Shown here: one piece after another, positions 1 to 9,000 of the stretch | How positions within the stretch are numbered: position 1 is the first letter of the stretch | Layout: every line of letters begins with the position of its first letter | Assembly (NCBI GenBank): GCA_964611245.1 | Contig: CAZSXX010000001.1 | Span: 5,038 to 52,699 of the forward strand | Origin: an uncultured Verrucomicrobiota bacterium | GTDB taxonomy: Bacteria; Verrucomicrobiota; Verrucomicrobiia; Limisphaerales; SXQI01 | Direction: 5' to 3' | DNA: 47,662 nt | Position numbers and translations under genes: made by a program | The notes under the pieces: generated by a model | Database searches by the model: none | What the model saw: only the letters and a program-made list of their open reading frames with translations | What the model was told of the DNA's origin: nothing

Positions 1-761
1 TCGACGCAGTTCCGCAGAAGGATCCGCGAGATGCGGGCGTGATACGTGGGCGCTTCGGGGCGGGGTGCCTTACGGTTGGTGGTGTCCAACGCGCAACCCG
101 GCGCGGTCGTGGCTTCGATGGCCGGAGTTTTCCCGGCAAGCGCCGCCTCGAGCGCCTGGGCCAAATAGCGATGGCTTGGTTCGGCCTTCGAATATCCCAC
201 CCCATATTGGTCATCAACTGCGCCGCGATAAAGCAGGGTGCGCGCGGCGTCCATGACAAAGACCTCCGCCGTGGACCCCGCATCCAGGGCGGTGGCAATC
301 CGGCCGCCTGTGTCCCTCACATAGGGCCCGGCCAACCCGTGGACCGAAATGGCCTCGCGGATGCTGGCGGAGGAATCGGACTCGGTGGGGTTCACAAAAA
401 TGAAGCGCACCCCGCGGCTGGAATACTCCCGCTCCAACGCGGCCAAGGTTGGCGCATACCGGCGGGTCACCGGGCAACTGGTGCTGGTGAACGCGATCAC
501 CACGGCGGGGCTGGACCGTAGGTGGCTCAGGCGGAATTTCTTTCCGGAGATCGGTTTCAAATCAAAGTCCGGGGCCAACCGGCCGACGCCCGCCGCTGGG
601 GCGGGCCGAACCATCGGAGCTTCTTGCGATGGCTGACCGTTCGCGCCCGCGTTCGGATTCTCCGCGCAGACGGCGCCGGTCCCACCGACAACACCGGCCA
701 GAAACACAGAGATTCCCGCCACTTTCGCCTTGTTCCACGCCCGTTGGGCCCGGTTGATCAT
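1..761 (-). CDS. Secreted thioredoxin-fold (redoxin/AhpC-TSA-like) domain protein, partial; C-terminal part runs off the left edge
   Basis: Absent from the ORF track because it is open at position 1. ATG at 761-759 (minus), then 'MINRAQRAWNKAKVAGISVFLAGVVGG' (signal/TM-like). 'APDFDLKPISGKKFRLSHLRSSPAVVIAFTSTSCPVTRRYAPTLAALEREYSSRGVRFIFVNP' is redoxin-like with a single Cys at the CxxC position. The last visible residues 'YHARISRILLRNCV' resemble the start of a planctomycete-type cytochrome c domain whose CxxCH would lie outside the window. Confidence 0.6.
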   Translation of the reverse strand, partial: MINRAQRAWNKAKVAGISVFLAGVVGGTGAVCAENPNAGANGQPSQEAPMVRPAPAAGVGRLAPDFDLKPISGKKFRLSHLRSSPAVVIAFTSTSCPVTRRYAPTLAALEREYSSRGVRFIFVNPTESDSSASIREAISVHGLAGPYVRDTGGRIATALDAGSTAEVFVMDAARTLLYRGAVDDQYGVGYSKAEPSHRYLAQALEAALAGKTPAIEATTAPGCALDTTNRKAPRPEAPTYHARISRILLRNCV

Positions 762-856
762 TCGTTCCACACCATCCATTTCCCAGTCCCCGGCCAAAAC
801 GTTACAGCATATTTGAAAAATCGCATCTCCGGCGGCGGCCTGGTTCCACCCGATTC

Positions 857-885
857 TTGTCAAGGCACGCATCCTCACCTACCTT
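857..885 (+). promoter_or_regulatory. Candidate sigma70-type promoter for ffh (TTGTCA-N17-TACCTT)
   Basis: TTGTCA at 857-862, a 17-nt spacer, then TACCTT (TAnnnT) at 880-885. The A of the ffh ATG (892) lies 7 nt after the -10 element, which would give a leaderless transcript. Motif match only. Confidence 0.25.
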
Positions 886-891
886 GCGCGC

Positions 892-2232
892 ATGTTTGAT
901 AGTTTGTCTGGCAAGCTCCAGAACGTGTTCAAGAACCTCCGGGGATTGGGCAAAATCTCGGAGGAGAACGTCACGGACGCGCTCAAGGACGTCCGGGTGG
1001 CGTTGCTCGACGCGGACGTCAATTTCAAGGTCGCCCGCGATTTCATCGAGCGGGTTAAGGCCAAGGCGATCGGCGTGGAGGTCATCCAAAGCATCCATCC
1101 TGGCCAGCAAATCGTCAAAATCATCCACGACGAACTGGTCGACCTGCTGGGCTCCCAGAACGCCGGCTTGGAAATCACGGGGAATCCGGCGTGCATCCTG
1201 ATGGTTGGCCTGCATGGGTCGGGCAAAACGACCTCCAGCGCCAAGCTCGCCCGGCTGCTGGTCAAGAATGCCCGCCTGCCTCTGCTGGTGGCCGCCGATG
1301 TCTACCGGCCCGCCGCGATGGACCAGTTGGAAACTTTGGGCCGCCAACTGCAGGTCCCCGTGTTCCTGAAGCGCGGCGAAACGGATGTCCTGAAGATCGC
1401 CCGCGAAGCCCTTGAGCACGCGGAAAAAACGGGCCGCAACACCCTGATTTTCGACACGGCGGGCCGCCTGCAGATCGACGAGCCGCTGGTCCTGGAGCTG
1501 GTCCGGCTGCGCGACCTGATCAAGCCACAGGAAATCCTCCTTGTCCTGGACGCCGCCACCGGCCAGGAGGCGGTCAACGTCGCGGCCCACTTTGACCAAG
1601 CCCTGAATGTCACCGGCGCGGTCCTCACCAAACTGGACGGCGACGCCCGCGGCGGCGCGGCGCTTTCATTGAAGTCGGTGACCGGCAAGCCGATCAAGTT
1701 TGTCGGCGTGGGCGAAAAGCCGGAGGATTTTGAGCCGTTCCATCCAGAGCGGATGGCTTCGCGCATCTTGGGGATGGGCGACGTTGTGAGTTTGGTCGAG
1801 CGCGCCGCGGAAGCGGTCGACGCAGAGGAGGCGGCCAAGCTCGAGGAGAAAATGCGGAAAGGCCAGTTCACTCTGGAGGATTTCCTGGACCAACTGCGGC
1901 AGATGAAAAAGCTGGGCTCGCTCGAAAGCATCGTAGGGATGCTGCCAGGCGGCGCGGAGGCGTTGAAAACCGCCGACATGACCAAAAGCGAGAAGGATTT
2001 CCGGCGGATGGAGGGGATGATCTGCGCGATGACGCTCAAGGAGCGGCGCCATCCCCAGATCATCAACGCCAAGCGACGCATCCGCATCGCCAAAGGGAGC
2101 GGCGTGACCGTCACTGAACTGAACAACCTCCTGAACCGGTTCGGCCAAATGCAGCAAATGATGAAGCGCATGGGGAAATTCCAGAAGATGATGTCCCGCG
2201 CGGGCGGAGCCATTCCCGGATTGAAGCGGTAG
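892..2232 (+). CDS. ffh: Signal recognition particle protein Ffh
   Basis: 446 aa. N domain, then SRP54-type GTPase motifs 'GLHGSGKTTSSAKLA', 'DTAGRL' and 'TKLDGDARGGAALS'. Met-rich C-terminal M domain ('FGQMQQMMKRMGKFQKMM'). Confidence 0.97.
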   Translation: MFDSLSGKLQNVFKNLRGLGKISEENVTDALKDVRVALLDADVNFKVARDFIERVKAKAIGVEVIQSIHPGQQIVKIIHDELVDLLGSQNAGLEITGNPACILMVGLHGSGKTTSSAKLARLLVKNARLPLLVAADVYRPAAMDQLETLGRQLQVPVFLKRGETDVLKIAREALEHAEKTGRNTLIFDTAGRLQIDEPLVLELVRLRDLIKPQEILLVLDAATGQEAVNVAAHFDQALNVTGAVLTKLDGDARGGAALSLKSVTGKPIKFVGVGEKPEDFEPFHPERMASRILGMGDVVSLVERAAEAVDAEEAAKLEEKMRKGQFTLEDFLDQLRQMKKLGSLESIVGMLPGGAEALKTADMTKSEKDFRRMEGMICAMTLKERRHPQIINAKRRIRIAKGSGVTVTELNNLLNRFGQMQQMMKRMGKFQKMMSRAGGAIPGLKR

Positions 2233-2318
2233 CGGAAAAAAGTTGGCGCCAAGGGGCAGTCCAATCGGCCGCGCGGTTTGCTCTGGACCTTCCCGCTGGA
2301 GCGTGAAAGTACTCTGCC

Positions 2319-5270
2319 ATGCGCCCGCTGGAGCCCACCCCCTCCCTCCCGGAAAACTGCCCCGCGGTGGCGGACCACGCGATGCTGCAACGCATCGGCG
2401 CGGGGGCCTGCGGGGAAGTCTGGATGGCGCGCAGCATCACCGGCGCCCTGCGCGCCGTGAAAGTGGTGTGGCGCGAACGGTTTGACCACGACCGGACCTA
2501 CGAGCGGGAGTTCATCGGGCTGAAAAACTTCGAGCCCATCTCCCGCGGCCACCCCGGGGTGGTGGACATCCTGCAGGTCGGCCGCAACGACGCGGAGGGT
2601 TACTTCTATTGCGTGATGGAGCTGGCCGACGACGCGGTGGCGCCACATGGCTACACCCCCCTCACCCTCGCGGAGCACATCCGCGCCCGGCGGCGGCTGG
2701 CGCCATTGGAATGCGCGCGCATCGGCGCGCAGGTGGCGGAGGCGCTCTCCTACCTGCATGGCAAAGGGCTGATCCACCGGGATGTAAAACCCTCGAACAT
2801 CATTTTTGTGAATGGCCATCCGCTTCTGGCGGACATCGGATTGGTGAGCAGCGTCGGCGCCGCCCGGTCATTTGTCGGGACCGACGGATTCATCCCGCCC
2901 GAGGGCCCCGGAACGCCGCGCGCCGACATTTTCAGCTTTGGCAAAACGCTTTACGAAATGGCCACAGGCCGGAGCCGGCTGGATTTTCCGGACCTCCCGC
3001 CGGACCTCGAGTCGAACGGCGACAGCAACCTGTTCATGGAGATCAATGAGATCATCCTGCGGGCCTGCGCGGAGAAGGCGGACGAGCGCCACGCGTCGCC
3101 GGAGGAGATGCGCGGGGAGCTTCTCCTGCTGGACGCCGGCCGTTCAGTCCGCCGCGTCCGACGAAACGAGCGGCTGTTGGCGGCTTGGCGCCGCGCTGGC
3201 CTGTTGGCTGGCCTGCTGTTCCTCGCCGTGGCGGGGGCGCTCGCCTGGGAGCGAAGGATTGCGGACAACGCGCGGCGCGAGGCGGCCTCCCAGGCAAGGC
3301 AGCGGCTGGTCGTCGAGGAAAAAGAGCGCCATGCCAGGGAGAATCTTTACGCGGCCGACATGAACCTGGCGCAACAGGCGATTGGAACGGGCAACTACGG
3401 CCGGGCGGAATCTTTGCTCGCCGAATACATTCCCGCCATCGGGCAACCGGACCTCCGGGGCTTCGAGTGGCGTCACTTTTGGAAGCAGGTCCGGGGCGAC
3501 AGCATCGGCGCCCTGTCCGGGCACTCGAACCTAGTCTCATCCTTGGTCCTCGGTCGGAAGCCAGGCCAACTGTTCTCCGCAAGTTTTGACTCCACCATCC
3601 GGGAATGGGACATGGCGGGCCGACGCGAGATCCGGCGGTGGAGCCTGCCCGGGGCTCTTTTCACGAGCCTGGCACTAAGCCCATCCGGATCCGTGCTGGC
3701 GGCGGAAGGGGACCGGCCATTCTCGCTCATCTTGAATCTGGAAAGCGGCGCAATGCTCACCAACAACTCAACCGCGTCCTCACGAATCACGTTTGCCCCC
3801 GGCGGCGACAAACTGGCGCGCGGCTCCCATTTCAAGCTGTTCGACACGAATGGCGTGACGCAGATCATCGATCAGCAGTTCCGCGTGATGCACACCCTGC
3901 CGGATTCGGGCGCGCGTCCTGTGTTTTCACCCACGGGCACGCTGTTGCTGACCGCCTCGTGGTCCCATTCGGCGAAGCTTTGGTCCTGGCCGGGGATGGA
4001 ACCCTTGGGCGAGTTGGCCGGCGCAGGGGTGGTTCTCTCTTCCACCTTCTCGCCGGATGGGTCAATGGCCGCCACTGTCTCGCGGGATGGCCAACTCCGC
4101 CTTTGGGACATCGCCACGCGGACGCTCTTGGCCGAAAAAACGGCGCACGGAGGGGGCATTGTGTGGAGCGCGGCGTTCTCGCCGGACGGCCTGCGCATCG
4201 CCACCGGCGGCAATGACCAGGCGGTCCGCGTTTGGGAGGCGGCAACCCTCCGGGAACTCCATGTTTACCGCGGGCATGGCAGCGAGGTGTGGTCCGTCAT
4301 TTGGTCGGAGGATGGGTCGCAAATCATTTCGACCGGCAAGGACGCCGACATCCGGATCTGGACTGCTTCTCCGCCCCGGGACACAGGCGAAATTTCATCC
4401 GCCGCCCAACGGCCCGTTTTTTCCCCCGACGGCCGTCGCGTCGCCGCCATGGTGCGGGGGGGCGGGGCCTCCGTCTGGGAGACGGCCTCGGGCCAAAAGG
4501 TCGCTCACATTCCGCAAGCCTTCGAAATCGGGGGATTCAGCGGGAGCGGGGAGCAGTTGGTGATCCTCGGCGGCCGGAATGAAATCCAGAAAATCAACGT
4601 GGCCGACGGCCAGGTCCTCGAAACGCGCGCCATTCCCCCGCCCTCCGAAGGCCAGACCAAGCGGCTGCTCAGTGAAAACGGGCGCTGGCTGGCCTCTGGC
4701 TACCGCGGTGGCGTTGTCGTGGCGCAGGACACCAGCGGGGAGAAAGAGCCGAGGCATCTCTCCGGCCTCACGGAGATGATCGTGGCGTTCGCGTTTTCGC
4801 CCGACCAAAAATTGCTGCTCGCGGGAAGCATCGACCGCTCGGCACGCCTGTGGGACCTCGAAACCGGGGAGACACTGGGCGTCTACACCGGGCACCGCAT
4901 GGGAGTTGGCTCCGTCGCTTTCTCGCCGGATGCGCGGCTGATCGCGACCGGGAGCTGGGATGACACGGTCCACGTCTGGAGTGTGGGGACAGGCGAGCGC
5001 CTGATGGTTCTCCCCGGGCATGAGGGCGGTGTCCAAGCCGTGGCGTTCACTCCGGACAACCGCACGCTGCTCTGCTTGGGCGGGTCCGGGATGCTCAAAT
5101 GCTGGAGCCTCGCCGCCCGGCGCGAGTCGGGACAGTTCCGCCTCCGCACCGGGGTCCATCAGGGCTGGGTGGCAGTCTCGCCGGATGGAGAATCCGTGGC
5201 GGTGGTCAGCCAGGACGAAACCCTGAGCTTTTTGCGCGGGCCAAGGGAGAATTCCAAGATATCCCGTTAG
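2319..5270 (+). CDS. Ser/Thr protein kinase with one TM helix and a C-terminal WD40 beta-propeller region
   Basis: 983 aa. Gly-loop 'IGAGACGEVW', 'AVKVV' lysine, catalytic loop 'HRDVKPSNIIF', 'DIG' in place of DFG, and 'PPEG'. TM segment 'LLAGLLFLAVAGALAW'. Many WD40-like units follow ('GHSNLVSSL', 'DGQLRLWD', 'DQAVRVWE', 'GHGSEVWSV', 'RSARLWDL', 'DDTVHVWS'). Confidence 0.9.
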   Translation: MRPLEPTPSLPENCPAVADHAMLQRIGAGACGEVWMARSITGALRAVKVVWRERFDHDRTYEREFIGLKNFEPISRGHPGVVDILQVGRNDAEGYFYCVMELADDAVAPHGYTPLTLAEHIRARRRLAPLECARIGAQVAEALSYLHGKGLIHRDVKPSNIIFVNGHPLLADIGLVSSVGAARSFVGTDGFIPPEGPGTPRADIFSFGKTLYEMATGRSRLDFPDLPPDLESNGDSNLFMEINEIILRACAEKADERHASPEEMRGELLLLDAGRSVRRVRRNERLLAAWRRAGLLAGLLFLAVAGALAWERRIADNARREAASQARQRLVVEEKERHARENLYAADMNLAQQAIGTGNYGRAESLLAEYIPAIGQPDLRGFEWRHFWKQVRGDSIGALSGHSNLVSSLVLGRKPGQLFSASFDSTIREWDMAGRREIRRWSLPGALFTSLALSPSGSVLAAEGDRPFSLILNLESGAMLTNNSTASSRITFAPGGDKLARGSHFKLFDTNGVTQIIDQQFRVMHTLPDSGARPVFSPTGTLLLTASWSHSAKLWSWPGMEPLGELAGAGVVLSSTFSPDGSMAATVSRDGQLRLWDIATRTLLAEKTAHGGGIVWSAAFSPDGLRIATGGNDQAVRVWEAATLRELHVYRGHGSEVWSVIWSEDGSQIISTGKDADIRIWTASPPRDTGEISSAAQRPVFSPDGRRVAAMVRGGGASVWETASGQKVAHIPQAFEIGGFSGSGEQLVILGGRNEIQKINVADGQVLETRAIPPPSEGQTKRLLSENGRWLASGYRGGVVVAQDTSGEKEPRHLSGLTEMIVAFAFSPDQKLLLAGSIDRSARLWDLETGETLGVYTGHRMGVGSVAFSPDARLIATGSWDDTVHVWSVGTGERLMVLPGHEGGVQAVAFTPDNRTLLCLGGSGMLKCWSLAARRESGQFRLRTGVHQGWVAVSPDGESVAVVSQDETLSFLRGPRENSKISR

Positions 5271-5301
5271 ATCAAGGCCCAGTCGGGCGAATCGCATAAA
5301 A

Positions 5302-5967
5302 ATGGAACCAGGATCGAGCCTCCGCGCCACCCGGGCAACTCCGCGTCCGGACTGGGGCGCCGGCCTCGCGGCGACCCGCCTCAGCCTGCTGACGCGCCTG
5401 AAAAAATCCGACGACCACGACGGGTGGCAGCAGTTTTTTGACACGTACGCGGGGGTGATCCACGCCCTTGCCGTCCGCTCCGGATTGAGCGTGGCCGAGG
5501 CCGACGATGCCTTGCAGGAGACGCTTCTGAGCGTCTCGCGCGAAATGCCGGGCTTCCGCTACGACCCCTCCCGGGGGTCCTTCAAATCGTGGCTGTTCCA
5601 AATTTCCCGGCGGCGGATCGTGGACCAATTTCGGCGGCGGGGGCGCCGCCAGCGGGACGGCGACGACGCGGGCGACGCGATTGCGCAGGCGGCGGATCCC
5701 AGCGCCGATCCATTGACCCAGCTCTGGGAGGACGAATGGCGCCAGAATCAACTGAAGCTGGCGACCGAGCGGGTGAAACTAAAAGTCGCGGCCCGCCAAT
5801 GGCAGATGTTCGACCTCGCCGCGCTTCAAAACTGGCCGGTGGAACGGATTTGCTCGCTGCTGGGAGTCAACCGCGCCCAACTGTACATGGCGCGGCTGCG
5901 GGTCGGCCGGCTGCTGAAGGCGGAAATTCAGGCGCTGCCGCCGGACGGCCCGGTCGAGGGAAAATAA
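5302..5967 (+). CDS. ECF-family RNA polymerase sigma-70 factor
   Basis: 221 aa. Region 2-like 'WQQFFDTYAGVIHALAVRSGLSVAEADDALQETLLSV...SFKSWLFQISRRRIVDQFRRR'. Region 4 HTH 'MFDLAALQNWPVERICSLLGVNRAQLYMARLRVGRLLKAEI'. No anti-sigma-like ORF is adjacent. Confidence 0.85.
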   Translation: MEPGSSLRATRATPRPDWGAGLAATRLSLLTRLKKSDDHDGWQQFFDTYAGVIHALAVRSGLSVAEADDALQETLLSVSREMPGFRYDPSRGSFKSWLFQISRRRIVDQFRRRGRRQRDGDDAGDAIAQAADPSADPLTQLWEDEWRQNQLKLATERVKLKVAARQWQMFDLAALQNWPVERICSLLGVNRAQLYMARLRVGRLLKAEIQALPPDGPVEGK

Positions 5968-6016
5968 TCGCGAAAGTTCGTTAGATCGCGGCGAGCGCCC
6001 GCGAATCAAGGACAGA

Positions 6017-9000
6017 ATGAACTTTTGTCGCCTTGGAAGGATGCGCAATCTGCTCCCGCTTTTCCTCGTCGCAGCCTTCCAGCCCGCGCGCGCCCAGTTC
6101 ACCGTCGAGGGCATCGAGTTCCGGGCCGACGGCAGTTTGGAGGTTCGTTTCCCCGCCGATGCCGGCAGCTACTATCGGCTTCTGGGCGGCGCCGAGCCCT
6201 CGGCGATCATCGCCCCTGTGGCGCTGGGGCTCACCCCGCCACTCTTGGCGCCGCCCGGGGAGGGCCCGATGCGGTTTTACCGCGTCCAGCAGGTTCCGCG
6301 CACTCTTTCGATCGACTCCGACGGCGACCAGATCCCTGACTTCTACGAGCTGCAGCATGAGTTTTTAAACGGGCTCAATTCCCTCGACGCGGCGGCGGAT
6401 CCGGACGGCAACGGCCGCACGGCGTTGCAGGAGTACACCGATTCGCTCGACGACGGAAAGCTGGTGACCATCTCCAGCACTTTTCCCACGGCGGGCGAGG
6501 CCGGGGTTTCGGTGAACCGTGAAACGGTCCTGCATTTCTCCGCCCCAATCGCCGCCAACGCGGAGATCACCTCCGCCAATTTTTTCGCGGGCTTTGCGGG
6601 CCGCAAATTCCTGAGCCGCGTCGAGCTGAGCTCGGATCGCCGGAAGGCGACGCTCTTTTACCTCGAACCGATCCCGGGCAGCACGCGGATCAGCGCGGTC
6701 TTTGACGCCACTGGGATCAAGGATCGAAATGGGCGCGACCTGGACGCCGATGGGGACGGCCAACCGGGGGGCCTGCACCTGTTGCAGTTCGACACATACA
6801 GCACGACGCCGATCGTCAACACCGCGATCTCCGGAAGGGTCTTCGCCAGCGAGCCGGTTCCCGATGGCGCCGGAGGCGTCGCCAACCGCCCGCTTCCCGG
6901 CGTGACCGTCACGGTCGACGGGGCGGAGGAAACGATGCGAGCCGTCACGGACGCAGAGGGGCGTTTCACATTGCAGAATTGCCCGGCGGGCCGGTTCTTT
7001 GTGCACATCGACGGGCGCACCTCCCCGCTCAGCTCCTGGCCGGGCGGGGCATACTACCCGAACGTCGGGAAGGCTTGGACGGCTCTGGGCGGAAGGGCCG
7101 ACAATCTCGTGCCGGGCGACGGGATCATTTATCTGCCTCTCATCGCCGCCGAGACGCTCAAGCCCGTCAGCGTCACTCAGGACACGGAAATCCGCCTTGC
7201 CCCCTCCGCCATTGAAGCCAATCCGGCCTTGGCTGGGGTCAAGATTCTCGTCCCCGCCAATTCGCTCTTCGACAACGATGGCAAACGGGGCGGGATGGTG
7301 GGCATCACAATCGTGGATCCGGCGCGCTTGCCGGAGCCGCTTCCGGGGGGGCTCGTCCCAACCCTGGTCATCACGGTCCAATCCGATGGCGGCCAAAATT
7401 TCGACCGTCCGGTCCCCGCGTGCTTCCCAAACCTGCCGAACAGCGACGGCTTTCCGCTCCTGCCGGGGGCCCGGGGAGCGCTGATTTCATTCAATCATGA
7501 CACTGGCAAGTGGGAGACGATTGGCAGCGCAACCGTAAGCGGCGATGGCAAGCTGGTTTGCACCGATCCAGGCGTCGGCATCCGCCAGCCAGGGTGGCAC
7601 CTGATCACCTGCCCGCAGCCCAACAACTCGCCTCCCAAGCCCCCCTCTCCCCCGTTCCCGCCCACAAGCCCAAACCCGACCGATCCCGACCGCGACAATT
7701 GTCACACGGTGACGGACCCCGGCAAAAAGAGGAATTGCGATTTGACGAACGACGCGGAACAGGCCGAATGCCAAAGGGCCCGCGACGCCGCGCACAATGC
7801 GTGCGTCGAGGCTGGCAACAGCTCCGGAAACTGCTCCGGCGCGTTTCTCGATCAACAGCGGGACGAATGCGTCGCGAACGCGAAATCGAAGCGAAACAAA
7901 TGCGTGGATGGCGCCGTCACCACGGTTTGTTCCAGCGGCGCCCCGTCGCCGCTTCGCCCGACCGAGGACGCGGGCCCTGGCCGCGATGAGACCCCAGCGC
8001 AGCGGGCGTTGGCGTTGCTCGATCAAATCACAGCCCTTCGCCTGGGGTTGGCCGGAGCCGCTCCGACCGGTCAGGAATTGGCTGCGCTTCAAGCGCTCCA
8101 AGCCGAGCTGAACGGCATCACTGGCCCGGATTCGGTCGCCTTCTGGCGGGCGGTCGCTGCGGCCGCCGGCGCCGAAGCGGCCCGTTTTGATCTGTACTCC
8201 TGGGGAGCGCCGCCCCATGCCATTTACCGGGCTGGTTTCCATCTTCGCTCGCGCCTGCTTGTGGAATTTGGAAGCCTCAAACTGGCCTGGCAGAACTTTT
8301 TTCAACGGGAACTCACTGAGCCCTTTGGGCAGTACCAGGTGTTCCTGCCCGTCTCCGCGCTCCGGGGAATGGATGGGCGCGAGGCGACTGACTCGATTCG
8401 AATCGACAACTGGTTCTATGATGCGCGCACCCGCTCCGTCGGCCGCTCCTCCGTGAATGGGATCTCCGCCGCCGGCCTGTCCGCGATTCTGCCTTCCTTC
8501 ACCTTGGTTCCATTGCGCTCCCGCTTGGGCGAAACCGCTCCGCTTCTCCCAACCATCGTGAATTCGACGCTTGGGTCAATCAATACGGAGGGCCAATTCC
8601 ACAACGCGGAGGCGATGGCGGATCAAATCAACGCCGCCATCACCGCCTTGGACGGCCGCGACACGGACAACGATGGCCTCGCGGACCTCGCCGAGTTCAT
8701 CATCGGGACCGATCCGCGAAACCCTGACTCCGATGGGGATGGGATTGCGGACGGAGCCGAGATTGACCAAGGCACAAATCCCTTGGACGGCCGCCCAGCC
8801 GCGGTCGGGGTGGTCGGCTCGGTGCCAGTGCAAGGGGAGGCGGTGGACGTGGCGGCCTTCAACGACCGCGCGGTCATGGCGTTGAGGGGCGGCGGCATCG
8901 GTGTGTTCGACGTGGCGGCGGAGCGGCTCGGCGTCCTGGTCGCGCGGTTGGACGCTCCGGGCGAGGTGCGGGTGGTGGCGCTCAGCCAGGAATTCGCGGT

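Noticed and set aside
1302-2819. 505-aa minus-strand ORF antisense to ffh and the kinase gene.
   Set aside because: This is a high-GC shadow ORF. Its translation is Arg/Pro/Ser/Ala-rich with low complexity and no recognisable motif, while the opposite strand encodes unmistakable Ffh and kinase motifs.
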